In this document: positions 44,138-53,451 of the stretch, in pieces
How the letters are laid out: the number at the start of each line of letters is the position of its first letter
Numbering within the stretch: position 1 is the first letter of the stretch
Source: an uncultured Oscillospiraceae bacterium
Lineage (GTDB): Bacteria; Bacillota; Clostridia; Oscillospirales; Oscillospiraceae
Direction of reading: 5' to 3'
Length of the DNA stretch: 64,000 bases
Assembly (NCBI GenBank): GCA_900754965.1
Contig: CAAEEO010000004.1
Span: 9,912 to 73,911, forward strand
Translations under genes and position numbers: made by a program
Notes under the pieces: model-generated
The model's input: the letters and a program-made list of their open reading frames with translations, nothing else
What the model was told of the DNA's origin: nothing
Databases searched by the model: none

Positions 44138-44848
44138 ATGCAGGAGAGAATACAGAAACTCATTGCGTCCGCGGGACTGGCGTCCCGCCGGGCGGCAGAG
44201 CGACTGATCACAGAAGGACGAGTGACGGTAAACGGTGAGAAAGCCGTTCTGGGACAGACGGCAGACCCGGCAGTGGATGAAGTTCGGGTGGACGGAGAAC
44301 GGCTGCCCCGGAAAAAGGGAAATGCCTATGTGATGCTCAATAAGCCGAAAGGATATGTGACGACCATGCGGGACGAGGAAGGGCGTCCCACCGTTGCGGA
44401 ATTGGTCCAGATCCCCGGTCGGCGGCTGTACCCGGTGGGACGGCTGGATATGTATTCGGAAGGACTTTTGATCATGACCGATGACGGAGAAACGGCCAAT
44501 CGCCTGATGCACCCCTCTCACCGAATCGAAAAGACGTACATAGTGGATGTTGTGGGAGAGAATATCCGCGCCGCAGTTCGTCGGATGCGGGAACCTCTGG
44601 ACATTGACGGATGCATGGTGCAGGCCATTGATGTGCAGATGATTCGCCAGGGCGGCGGCCGGGGACAACTGGAAGTGGTCATTGGCGAAGGCCGGAATCG
44701 GCAGGTGCGGAAGATGTGCGCTCTGTGTGACCTGAAAGTGCAGCGTTTGGTTCGGATTTCGGAGGGCAGTTTGGAATTGGGAGATCTGCCTGTTGGAAAA
44801 TGGCGGTATCTGACGCCGGAGGAGATCCGGAGAATCACGGAAGAGTAA
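44138..44848 (+). CDS. rluB: Pseudouridine synthase (RluB/RsuA family)
   Basis: S4 domain RIQKLIASAGLASRRAAERLI and the catalytic GRLD motif. Confidence 0.9.
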   Translation: MQERIQKLIASAGLASRRAAERLITEGRVTVNGEKAVLGQTADPAVDEVRVDGERLPRKKGNAYVMLNKPKGYVTTMRDEEGRPTVAELVQIPGRRLYPVGRLDMYSEGLLIMTDDGETANRLMHPSHRIEKTYIVDVVGENIRAAVRRMREPLDIDGCMVQAIDVQMIRQGGGRGQLEVVIGEGRNRQVRKMCALCDLKVQRLVRISEGSLELGDLPVGKWRYLTPEEIRRITEE

Positions 44849-44895
44849 GGCGAAAAATCGACGAAGATTCGATGAAAATGCAGGAGAAATGACGG

Positions 44896-44940
44896 GAAAT
44901 TGCAATTTCACTTGCAAAAATAGGGGAAATCTCGTATGAT
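44896..44940 (+). promoter_or_regulatory. Promoter with an adjacent perfect palindrome upstream of the RpiR-family regulator
   Basis: GAAATTGCAATTTC (44896-44909), then TTGCAA (44912-44917), 17 nt, TATGAT (44935-44940). Confidence 0.5.
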
Positions 44941-44993
44941 AGTTCCTATAAATTCCTGCCCGGCGGCGGGCAGAGGTGAAGTTGAGGGAAATA

Positions 44994-45857
44994 ATGGAAA
45001 ATGATATCCTATCCATCATTGAGCGGGAGGCGGCGAGCTTTTCCAAAGGGCAGCGGCTGATCGCCAAGTATATATTGGAAAATTATGATAAGGCGGCATT
45101 TATGACTGCCGGAAAGTTGGGAAAAACCGTCGGCGTCAGTGAGTCCACTGTGGTGCGGTTTGCCGCGGAACTGGGATATGAAGGATACCCGGAAATGCGG
45201 AAAGTGCTGCAGGAAGTGGTGCGCAATAAGCTCACCTCTGTGCAGCGTCTGGAAGTGGCCAATGAACAGATCAACGGGGAGAACATCATCGACTCCGTGA
45301 TGAATGCGGATGCCGAGCGAATCCACAGCACCCTGGAGAGCATCGACCGCACGGCCTTTGATCAGGCGGTGAATACCATCGTCAATGCCAAGCGGGTGTA
45401 TATTATCGGTACCCGGTCTTCCTCCAGTTTGGCCACATTTTTCGGATACTATATGAGTCTGATTATGGAAAATGTGTCCGTGGTGCAGGATACTGCAGTC
45501 AGCGAAGTGTATGAGCAGCTGTTCCGTGTCGGAGAGGGAGATGTGGTGATCGGGATTTCTTTCCCGCGTTACTCCAGTAAAACTGTGGCGGCAATGAAAT
45601 ACGCCAAGGCCCGTGGGGCTGTGACCATCGGAATCACCGACTGCGAGGCCTCGCCGCTGTATGGAATCTCCACGATCAACCTGTATGCCAAGAGCGACAT
45701 GGTTTCTTTTATTGACTCCCTGGTGGCGCCCATGAGCCTGCTCAATGCGCTGTTGGCAGAGATCGGATTCCGGTCCCGGGAAAATATTTCCGACACTTTC
45801 CGTCGTTTGGAAGATGTCTGGAGCGAATATGCGGTGTTTTTGACAGATGATCAGTGA
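44994..45857 (+). CDS. MurR/RpiR family transcriptional regulator
   Basis: N-terminal HTH_6-like segment (AAFMTAGKLGKTVGVSESTVVRFAAELGYEGY) plus a SIS domain (VYIIGTRSS). Confidence 0.88.
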   Translation: MENDILSIIEREAASFSKGQRLIAKYILENYDKAAFMTAGKLGKTVGVSESTVVRFAAELGYEGYPEMRKVLQEVVRNKLTSVQRLEVANEQINGENIIDSVMNADAERIHSTLESIDRTAFDQAVNTIVNAKRVYIIGTRSSSSLATFFGYYMSLIMENVSVVQDTAVSEVYEQLFRVGEGDVVIGISFPRYSSKTVAAMKYAKARGAVTIGITDCEASPLYGISTINLYAKSDMVSFIDSLVAPMSLLNALLAEIGFRSRENISDTFRRLEDVWSEYAVFLTDDQ

Positions 45858-47070
45858 TGTTGTTGTAATCGGCGGCGGCGCCGCCGGAATGATTTGTGCG
45901 GCCACAGCGGCGGAGCGGGGACTGGATGTAATCCTTCTGGAGCCCAACCGGCAGTTGGGACGCAAGGTGCGGATTACCGGAAAAGGCCGGTGTAATGTCA
46001 CCAATAACTGTGAGATCAAAACGGTGCTGGAAAACATTCCGGGAAGCGGAAAGTTTTTGTACAGCGCTTTGAATCGCCTGTCTCCGGCGGACACCATGCA
46101 GCTGTTTGAAAGTCTGGGCGTCCCGTTGAAAACTGAGCGCGGGAACCGGGTGTTCCCGGTTTCGGATTCAGCGCACGACATTGTGGAGGCCCTGGCGCGG
46201 TATATGCGGGATACCGGTGTGCGTGTCCTGCACGAGCCTGCCTTGGAAGTGCAGATGGAAGATGGTGTTGTGACCGGAGTGGTGACGCGGTCGGAGACGA
46301 TCGTGTGCCGCAATGCGGTGGTCTGCACCGGAGGGCTGTCCTATCCGGCCACCGGATCTACCGGTGCGGGGCATCGGTTTGCCCAGGCAGCGGGCCACAC
46401 GGTGCGGCCCTGCCGTCCGTCTCTGGTGCCATTGGAATCCCCCGATGAGTATTGCGCCCAGATGCAGGGCTTTTCTCTGCGGAATGTGACCCTGTCTGCG
46501 TTTGAAGATGAGAAACTGATCTACCAGGAACTGGGGGAAATGATGTTTACCCATTTCGGGGTGACAGGGCCTCTGGTGCTGTCGGCCAGCGCGCACTTCC
46601 GTCACATGGGAGAACGGACCTATCGATTGGAGATCGATTTGAAACCTGCCCTGGACGAGGAGAAACTGGATGCCCGGATTCTGCGGGATTTTGAAGGACA
46701 GAAAAATAAGGAATTCAAAAACGCACTGGGAGGCCTGGCAGGGCGGACGATGATCCCTGTTCTGGTCGCCCTTTCCGGCGTTGACTCGGAAACAAAAGTC
46801 CACTCCATCACCCGGGAACAGCGGCATCGGTTGGTGCATCTGTTCAAGCATTTTCCGGTGCGGGTCTCCGGTACGCGCCCCTTTGCCGAGGCAATCGTCA
46901 CGGCTGGCGGTGTGGCGCTGGAGGAAGTGAATCCCCGGACAATGGAGTCCAAATTGGTACAGGGCCTGTACTTTGCAGGAGAGGTGCTGGACCTGGATGC
47001 ATACACCGGGGGATTTAATTTGCAGATTGCCTGGTCCACGGGCTATGTGGCGGGTTGCAGTGTAGAATAA
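45847..47070 (+). CDS. HI0933/BaiN-like NAD(FAD)-utilizing flavoprotein
   Basis: VVVIGGGAAGM dinucleotide motif, GKGRCNVTN, and C-terminal FAGEVLDLDAYTGGFNLQ. Confidence 0.88.
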   Translation: MISDVVVIGGGAAGMICAATAAERGLDVILLEPNRQLGRKVRITGKGRCNVTNNCEIKTVLENIPGSGKFLYSALNRLSPADTMQLFESLGVPLKTERGNRVFPVSDSAHDIVEALARYMRDTGVRVLHEPALEVQMEDGVVTGVVTRSETIVCRNAVVCTGGLSYPATGSTGAGHRFAQAAGHTVRPCRPSLVPLESPDEYCAQMQGFSLRNVTLSAFEDEKLIYQELGEMMFTHFGVTGPLVLSASAHFRHMGERTYRLEIDLKPALDEEKLDARILRDFEGQKNKEFKNALGGLAGRTMIPVLVALSGVDSETKVHSITREQRHRLVHLFKHFPVRVSGTRPFAEAIVTAGGVALEEVNPRTMESKLVQGLYFAGEVLDLDAYTGGFNLQIAWSTGYVAGCSVE

Positions 47071-47079
47071 GGAGAGAGT

Positions 47080-47769
47080 ATGAACCGATTTTCAGTGGCT
47101 ATTGATGGGCCTGCCGGCGCAGGGAAATCCACCCTGGCCAAACAGGCAGCGGCCCGTCTCGGCTTTGTATATGTGGATACGGGCGCCATCTACCGTACAG
47201 TGGGATTGGCGGCAAAAAATGCCGGTGTGGCAAAAGAAGATGCAGATGGGGTCAAGGCGCTGCTGCCGACCCTGCAGGTGACGATTCGTTATGCGCAGGG
47301 CGTGCAGCGGATGTTCCTGAACGGACAGGATGTTTCGGAGGAGATCCGCACGCCTGAGATCTCTGCCTATGCCTCCCATGTCTCTGCGATTCCGGAAGTC
47401 CGGGCGTTTTTGATGGATATGCAGCGGCAGCTGGCGCGGGAGCATGATGTGATCATGGACGGCCGGGATATTGGCACGGTGGTCCTGCCGGATGCGGGAC
47501 TGAAGGTGTTCCTGACCGCCAGTGCAGAGAAACGGGCGGCCCGGCGCTGCCTGGAATTGCAGCAAAAGGGATTGCAGGTGACATTTGAGGAAGTGCTTGC
47601 GGAAATGCAGGCGCGGGATGCCAAGGATACCGGTCGGGAAACGGCGCCCCTGCGCCCGGCAGAGGATGCGGTGCATCTGGATACCAGTGAGATGACGCTG
47701 GAGGAAAGCGTGGAACGGTTGGAAGAACTGATTCGGCAGGCAAGGGCAGAAAGGCAGGCGGAACAATGA
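47080..47769 (+). CDS. cmk: Cytidylate kinase
   Basis: IAIDGPAGAGKST, DTGAIYR, GRDIGTVV. Confidence 0.95.
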   Translation: MNRFSVAIDGPAGAGKSTLAKQAAARLGFVYVDTGAIYRTVGLAAKNAGVAKEDADGVKALLPTLQVTIRYAQGVQRMFLNGQDVSEEIRTPEISAYASHVSAIPEVRAFLMDMQRQLAREHDVIMDGRDIGTVVLPDAGLKVFLTASAEKRAARRCLELQQKGLQVTFEEVLAEMQARDAKDTGRETAPLRPAEDAVHLDTSEMTLEESVERLEELIRQARAERQAEQ

Positions 47770-48371
47770 GCGATATTTTGGGCAAAGGGGATGCGTATTA
47801 CCGCACCTGGCTGAAACGGCTGAAACCCCTGATATCTTTTTGCTACCCCACAGAAATTTCCGGGTTGGAAAACATTCCGGACGGGCCGATGATCGTCTGT
47901 GCCAATCACTCCAATTTTATTGACCCCGTGCTCATTGGCGAGGCTTTTGGCCCGGAGCATCACATTCATTTCATGGCCAAGCAGGAACTGCTGACCAAAC
48001 CTGTTTTGGGGAAGTTTATTGAGAACTTGGGATCTTTTGGCGTGGAGCGGGACAGCAGCACGGACATTACGGCGATCCGCACCGCGATGAAGTGTATCAA
48101 AGCCGGGGACAAAGTGATGATCTTTCCTGAGGGAACGCGGGTGGAGGAGGATGGAATGGCCTCGGCCAAAAGCGGCGCTGTGCGTTTGGCGGCAAAATTG
48201 AAGGTGCCGATTCTGCCGGTATACATATCCAGAAATAAAAAAATCTTCCGGAAGGCCCGCCTGATTGTAGGGGAGCCCATTCCGGTTCCCACAGGCAGCC
48301 ACGAATTTTATGAGGAATTTGCGGAACAGCTGATGCAGCGTATTGCGGAGCTGGGGAAGGAAAGTGCATGA
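47766..48371 (+). CDS. plsC: 1-acyl-sn-glycerol-3-phosphate acyltransferase
   Basis: HxxxxD box CANHSNFIDP and FPEGTR. Confidence 0.9.
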   Translation: MSDILGKGDAYYRTWLKRLKPLISFCYPTEISGLENIPDGPMIVCANHSNFIDPVLIGEAFGPEHHIHFMAKQELLTKPVLGKFIENLGSFGVERDSSTDITAIRTAMKCIKAGDKVMIFPEGTRVEEDGMASAKSGAVRLAAKLKVPILPVYISRNKKIFRKARLIVGEPIPVPTGSHEFYEEFAEQLMQRIAELGKESA

Positions 48372-50341
48372 AAGAAATTCGATTGGCAGAGTCAGCAGGT
48401 TTCTGTTTCGGCGTCAGCCGGAGCGTGACGCTGGCAGAGCAGATGCTCCGGGAAGGGGGCACGTGCTGCAGCCTGGGAGAGCTGATCCACAATGACGATG
48501 TGGTGCGGCATTTCCGGGAGCAGGGACTTTGCGTGGTCCAGAATCCTGAAGAGGTTCCGGAAAATGCCAATGTGATCATCCGGGCCCATGGCGTGCCGCG
48601 CCAGGTGGTACAGGCGCTGCGGGAGCGGACAGACCATGTGGTGGATTCCACCTGTCCGAAAGTCCTGCGAATCCATCGCCTGGTGGAGCAGGCATGGCAG
48701 GAAGGGCGGCAGGTCGTCGTCATCGGAAACCGTTCACACCCGGAAGTAATTGCAATCTGCGGTTGGTGCGAAGGCGCTGAGGTCTTCGAAAATGGCGAAG
48801 AATTGGAAGAATTTCTGGAAAACCACCCCGATTTTGTTGAAAAACCGGTGACGATGGTGGTGCAGACCACCCAGACACGGGCCAATTTTGAAGATTGTGA
48901 GAAAAAGTTAAAAAAAGAGTGTACAAACCTAAAAATATTTGATACAATATGCGAGGCGACATCCACGAGACAGTCTGAGGCAATCAAACTTGCCGCAGAT
49001 TGTGATGCCATGGTAGTGATCGGAGGAAGGCACAGCGCTAACAGTGTGCACCTCTATGATTTGTGCCGGCAGCAGTGCGAGAATGTTCAGTTCATTGAAA
49101 ATGTACAGGAACTGGATCTTCAGCGGCTCCGCACGGCAGAGATCGTCGGCATTACCGCTGGTGCTTCGGCGCCATCGTGGATCATTAAGGAGGTAAAACA
49201 AACGATGACAGACGAAATCAAAAACGAAGAAACCACAGCAGGCGAAGTGACCGCTGAGAAGAGTTTCGAAGAACTGCTGGAGGAATCTTTGAAGACCATT
49301 TACAATGGTGATAAAGTTACCGGCGAAGTCGTGGCAATCACACCCACTGAAGTGAATGTGGATCTGGGCATGAAGTATTCCGGTTTTATTCCCACCACGG
49401 AGTTTACGGAGGAGACCGGCGCTAAGATCGAGGATTGCGTGAAAGTCGGCGACAAGATCGAGGCTGTCGTTGTCCGTGTCAACGATGTGGAAGGCACTGT
49501 CCAGCTGTCCAAAAAGCGCCTGGATGCAGCCAAGAACTGGGAGCTGATCGTGGCTGCTGCTGAAAGCGGTGACGTGCTGGAAGGCGTTGTGACGGAAGAC
49601 AATAAGGGCGGCGTTGTGGTTTCCGTGAAGGGCAACCGCGTGTTCGTGCCCGCATCCCAGACCGGTCTGCCCCGTGAGGCTGAGATGAGCTCTATGCTCA
49701 AGCAGACTGTCCGTCTGAAGATCACCGAGGTCAAGGGCCGCCGTGTGGTTGGCTCCATCCGTGCTGTGCAGCGCGAAGAGCGCCGCATCGCTGCCGAGAA
49801 AGTCTGGGCGGAGATCGAGGAAGGCAAACACTATGAAGGCGTTGTCAAGTCCATCTCTTCCTACGGTGTCTTTGTGGACATCGGCGGCGTGGACGGCATG
49901 GTTCATGTTTCCGAGCTGGCTTGGGGCCGTGTGCGCAACCCGGCTGATGTGGTGTCCGTGGGCGACAAGATGGATGTTTACGTCATCAGCTTTGATAAAG
50001 AGGCTAAGAAGATCTCTCTGGGCCACAAGGATCCCAACGGCAACCCCTGGACCAAGTTCACCGAGACTTACCAGGTCGGCGATGTTGCCACCGTCAAAAT
50101 CGTCAAGCTCATGGACTTCGGCGCATTTGCAGAAGTTCTGCCCGGCGTGGACGGCCTGATCCATATTTCTCAGATCGCAAACCGCCGCATTGGCAAGCCC
50201 GGCGATGTTCTGACTGTGGGCGAAGAAGTGGATGCAAAGATCACTGCTATCGACGATGAGAAACAGAAGATTTCCCTGTCTATCCGCGCTCTGCTGAACA
50301 ACGATCGCGACGATTACGACGACGAGGAAGACGAGGACTGA
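48368..50341 (+). CDS. ispH: Bifunctional IspH (HMBPP reductase) / ribosomal protein S1 fusion
   Basis: N-terminal GFCFGVSR with conserved Cys positions. The C-terminal half has four S1 domains (GDKVTGEV, GDVLEGVV, GKHYEGVV, GDVATVKI). Confidence 0.9.
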   Translation: MKEIRLAESAGFCFGVSRSVTLAEQMLREGGTCCSLGELIHNDDVVRHFREQGLCVVQNPEEVPENANVIIRAHGVPRQVVQALRERTDHVVDSTCPKVLRIHRLVEQAWQEGRQVVVIGNRSHPEVIAICGWCEGAEVFENGEELEEFLENHPDFVEKPVTMVVQTTQTRANFEDCEKKLKKECTNLKIFDTICEATSTRQSEAIKLAADCDAMVVIGGRHSANSVHLYDLCRQQCENVQFIENVQELDLQRLRTAEIVGITAGASAPSWIIKEVKQTMTDEIKNEETTAGEVTAEKSFEELLEESLKTIYNGDKVTGEVVAITPTEVNVDLGMKYSGFIPTTEFTEETGAKIEDCVKVGDKIEAVVVRVNDVEGTVQLSKKRLDAAKNWELIVAAAESGDVLEGVVTEDNKGGVVVSVKGNRVFVPASQTGLPREAEMSSMLKQTVRLKITEVKGRRVVGSIRAVQREERRIAAEKVWAEIEEGKHYEGVVKSISSYGVFVDIGGVDGMVHVSELAWGRVRNPADVVSVGDKMDVYVISFDKEAKKISLGHKDPNGNPWTKFTETYQVGDVATVKIVKLMDFGAFAEVLPGVDGLIHISQIANRRIGKPGDVLTVGEEVDAKITAIDDEKQKISLSIRALLNNDRDDYDDEEDED

Positions 50342-50370
50342 TTTCCTCACAGCTTTCTGAATTGCAACAT

Positions 50371-50410
50371 AAAAGAGGTTCGCTTTTTTGGCGAACCTCT
50401 TTTTCTTATC
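50371..50410. terminator. Terminator between convergent ispH/rpsA and the SSB-like gene
   Basis: AAAAGAGGTTCGC / GCGAACCTCTTTT stem, followed by TTCTTAT. Confidence 0.7.
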
Positions 50411-50427
50411 TGCAGAGTAAACGGCAC

Positions 50428-51042
50428 TCAGACGGAGAAATGTTCGGTGATATCAATCACGGACACTTCAAAGGCAGTTTTTTCCATGAGTTCCCCGTCA
50501 ATGAGTTTCAGATACTGCCGACTCTGGAGCCGACCGGTCAGCTCCGCCGTAGTCCCCACCGGCCACCAGGAGACTTCTTTGGCTTTGGCGCCCCAGGCGA
50601 TGCAGGGCAGATAGTCACTGCGCCCATACCGACGGTTGACGGCCAGCATGAAGTCGCAAATATCCCGACCCATAGGGGTGGTACGGAGATTGGGCGGTTT
50701 ACAGATCGTGCCGCAAAGGGAGACCTGGTTGCTGTCCTTGCCATCTTCCAGGGAGATCTCCCTGGCAAAGACGGTGATGACCAGGCGGGAGCCCGGGCCA
50801 CGCTTGTTGTTGAAGGAACGCAGTTCCCCCAAAATGTGGAGCTTTGCAGATTCCGTCACATCCAGGTGCTCCAACAGGTTTTCCCGGGCAATGATATTCA
50901 GACAGTCCACTGTGCCGGACAGGCGTCGGGTCTCCAGCGGAAAGGTGAAAAAACGCTCACCTCTGCTTTCATGAGAAAAAGCGGGACTCCCGGCCAGTAC
51001 GCCGTAAAGTTCCACGCGATTGTGATTCTTGTGTTCGTCCAT
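50428..51042 (-). CDS. Tandem OB-fold SSB-like protein
   Basis: Two similar halves (NRVELYGVLAGSP..FTF and NQVSLCGTICKPP..FML). No acidic C-terminal tip. Confidence 0.6.
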   Translation of the reverse strand: MDEHKNHNRVELYGVLAGSPAFSHESRGERFFTFPLETRRLSGTVDCLNIIARENLLEHLDVTESAKLHILGELRSFNNKRGPGSRLVITVFAREISLEDGKDSNQVSLCGTICKPPNLRTTPMGRDICDFMLAVNRRYGRSDYLPCIAWGAKAKEVSWWPVGTTAELTGRLQSRQYLKLIDGELMEKTAFEVSVIDITEHFSV

Positions 51043-51202
51043 AAAAAACGCACCTCCGGCTTGTTAACGCGCCAGAGTTTCGCCCCTTTCCCGCGGGGGA
51101 AGGTCTCTGCCGGTCGTTCTGAATCATCCTATTCTTCAGCGGTGCGTAATATGCCTTTTTCAAAGTAGAGGGACTGTTTGGGGAAATTTCAAGAAATCAA
51201 TC

Positions 51203-51231
51203 TTGCAAGGGCAGACGAAAGTGGGTATAAT
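51203..51231 (+). promoter_or_regulatory. deoC promoter
   Basis: TTGCAA, 17 nt, TATAAT. Confidence 0.6.
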
Positions 51232-51260
51232 GAAAGTATAATGGACTGGAAAAGGATGAT

Positions 51261-51926
51261 GTGGACATGGAATTAAAAGAGATTTTGAAAAGATGCGACC
51301 ACACCTTGCTGCGGGTGGATGCGACTCAGGAAGAAATTCAAAAGCTGTGCGATGATGGAATGAAGTATGAATGCGCCAGTGTGTGCATTCCTCCCTGTCA
51401 TGTGGCCGGTGCCAAGCGGTATGTGGGGGATCGTCTGCCCATCTGTACGGTGATCGGATTCCCCAATGGATATATGACCACTGCGGCAAAAGCCTTTGAG
51501 GCGGAAGATGCCGTGAAAAACGGCGCAGATGAGATCGACATGGTGGTCAATCTCGCTATGGTCAAGGACGGTTGCTGGGAAGAAGTGGCGAAGGACATTG
51601 CAGCAGTGCGGGAGAGTACCCAGGGGAAGATCCTGAAGGTCATTATTGAAACTTGCCTGCTCACGCAGGACGAGAAGATCCGCCTGTGCCAGATCGTTTC
51701 TGACTCCGGTGCGGATTATATTAAAACATCCACCGGATTTTCCACAGGAGGAGCAACCCGGGAAGATGTGGAGCTGTTGCGGAAACACAGCGCAGAGCAT
51801 CTGAAAGTGAAAGCTGCCGGCGGCATCCAGTCTCTGGTGGACGCGGAAGACATGATTCGCTTGGGCGCAGATCGGTTGGGCACCAGCCGGATCGTAAAAA
51901 TCGCCGCAGCTATGGAAGAAGCCTGA
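51261..51926 (+). CDS. deoC: Deoxyribose-phosphate aldolase
   Basis: [16 protein letters not shown], Schiff-base lysine context DYIKTSTGF. Confidence 0.93.
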   Translation: MDMELKEILKRCDHTLLRVDATQEEIQKLCDDGMKYECASVCIPPCHVAGAKRYVGDRLPICTVIGFPNGYMTTAAKAFEAEDAVKNGADEIDMVVNLAMVKDGCWEEVAKDIAAVRESTQGKILKVIIETCLLTQDEKIRLCQIVSDSGADYIKTSTGFSTGGATREDVELLRKHSAEHLKVKAAGGIQSLVDAEDMIRLGADRLGTSRIVKIAAAMEEA

Positions 51927-51991
51927 AACCTCTCCAAATTCCGGGCAGTTTTTGCTGTAAACTGCCCGGAATAAAAAAGAGAAAAAAGTAC

Positions 51992-52020
51992 TTGACTTTT
52001 TATCGGAAAGACTATATACT
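51992..52020 (+). promoter_or_regulatory. infC-rpmI-rplT operon promoter
   Basis: TTGACT, 17 nt, TATACT. Confidence 0.7.
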
Positions 52021-52026
52021 ATTGGA

Positions 52027-52166
52027 GCAAAACAAAGCAGGAACCATCCTCACCCCGCGGCAAAAGGCCAGTGTGGGTCAATACATTTCGATGATCGAGG
52101 GATCATTGTATGTTTGTGCGTGGATGGGTTCTGTCCGCGCTTTTTATTTTATGGAGGTGTTGAGTC
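52027..52166 (+). promoter_or_regulatory. Probable L20-responsive leader/attenuator of the infC operon
   Basis: About 140-nt leader ending in the hairpin GCGTGGA..TCCGCGC plus TTTTTATTTT just before the RBS. Firmicutes regulate this operon by L20-dependent attenuation. The fold was not verified. Confidence 0.45.
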
Positions 52167-52769
52167 ATCGCAAATACTGTGAATCTGATCAATGAAGAGA
52201 TCCAGGAGAAGGAGATTCGTCTCATCGGTGAGTCCGGCGAGCAGCTGGGGCTCATGTCTTCTGAGGCTGCACTGCAGATCGCGGAGGAGAAAGACCTGGA
52301 CCTGGTGATGATTTCTCCGGCGGCCAAGCCCCCCGTCTGCAAGATCATGGACTACGGAAAGTTCCGGTTTGAGCAGAGCAAGCGGGAAAAAGAGGCCAAA
52401 AAGAACCAGCGGGTCATGGATGTGAAGGAGATTCGGATGTCTCCCGGCATCGGTGAAAATGACTTTAATACCAAACTGAAAAACGGACAGAAATTCCTGG
52501 CAGACGGCGATCGGCTGAAAGTCACCATTCGGTTCCGCGGCAGAGAGATGGCCCATACCAGTATCGGCGAAACACTGCTCCGGGATTACGCCCGCAAGTG
52601 TGCGGATATTGCGAACATGGACAAGGAGCCGAAATTGGAAGGCAGAAACATGTCTCTGTTCCTGTCCCCGAAATCTCAGAGTCAACTCAAAAAAGAGCAG
52701 AAGGCAAAAAAGCAGACTGAGGAGAAATCCGCTGAATCTGCTGAGCCGGCAACCAAAACGGTTGAGTAA
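52167..52769 (+). CDS. infC: Translation initiation factor IF-3, probable AUC start
   Basis: INEEIQEKEIRLIGESGEQLG, KPPVCKIMDYGKFRFEQ. ATC 52167 is 7 nt after GGAGGTG, with an in-frame TGA at 52161. The track GTG 52179 is 19 nt from the RBS. Confidence 0.9.
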   Translation: MANTVNLINEEIQEKEIRLIGESGEQLGLMSSEAALQIAEEKDLDLVMISPAAKPPVCKIMDYGKFRFEQSKREKEAKKNQRVMDVKEIRMSPGIGENDFNTKLKNGQKFLADGDRLKVTIRFRGREMAHTSIGETLLRDYARKCADIANMDKEPKLEGRNMSLFLSPKSQSQLKKEQKAKKQTEEKSAESAEPATKTVE

Positions 52770-52791
52770 CCACGGAAGGAGATAAATCATT

Positions 52792-52989
52792 ATGCCCAAG
52801 CTGAAAACACATTCCGGCGCGAAGAAAAGATTTAACACCACCAAGAGCGGTAAGATCAAACGCGCCCATGCCAACAAGCGCCACATCCTGAACAAGAAGG
52901 ATACCAAACGCTGCCGCAGACTTCGTTCCGGCACCTACGCTGATGCTACCAACGAATCCGCGATCAAGAAAATGATCCCGTACAAATAA
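52792..52989 (+). CDS. rpmI: 50S ribosomal protein L35
   Basis: [14 protein letters not shown], 65 aa. Confidence 0.97.
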   Translation: MPKLKTHSGAKKRFNTTKSGKIKRAHANKRHILNKKDTKRCRRLRSGTYADATNESAIKKMIPYK

Positions 52990-53007
52990 TAGGAGGACTT
53001 TTTAGAT

Positions 53008-53364
53008 ATGGCAAGAGTTAAAGGCGCAATGATGACGCGCAAGAGAAGAAATAAAGTCCTGGGTCTGGCTAAGGGATACTGGGGCAACAAATCCCGCCAC
53101 TTCAAGATGGCAAAAGAACAGGTGATGAAGTCCGGTCGTTATGCTTACGTTGGCCGCAAGCAGAAGAAGAGAGACTATCGTCAGCTGTGGATCACTCGTA
53201 TCAGCGCTGGCTGCAAAGCCAATGGTATGAACTACTCCACTTTCATGCACGGGCTGAAACTGGCTGGCATCGATATGAACCGCAAGATGCTCTCTGAGAC
53301 TGCGATTCACGATCCCGCTGCGTTCACCGCCCTGTGCAACGCTGCAAAGGCAGCTCTGAACTAA
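53008..53364 (+). CDS. rplT: 50S ribosomal protein L20
   Basis: [24 protein letters not shown], 118 aa. Confidence 0.97.
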   Translation: MARVKGAMMTRKRRNKVLGLAKGYWGNKSRHFKMAKEQVMKSGRYAYVGRKQKKRDYRQLWITRISAGCKANGMNYSTFMHGLKLAGIDMNRKMLSETAIHDPAAFTALCNAAKAALN

Positions 53365-53376
53365 TCAGAAGATGCA

Positions 53377-53420
53377 ATACCGGATATTAACCTCAGGGTA
53401 ATGTCCGGTATTTTTTATTT
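53377..53420 (+). terminator. rplT terminator
   Basis: ATACCGGATATTA / TAATGTCCGGTAT stem, followed by TTTTTATTT. Confidence 0.7.
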
Positions 53421-53451
53421 CAGAAAAACCAGTAGAAAGGATTTTGCAGGT

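Noticed and set aside
51939-51971. 14-bp stem hairpin after deoC as a rho-independent terminator
   Set aside because: It is followed by an A-run rather than a U-tract on the plus strand. It may still pause or terminate transcription, but it does not meet the canonical pattern, so it is not listed as a feature.
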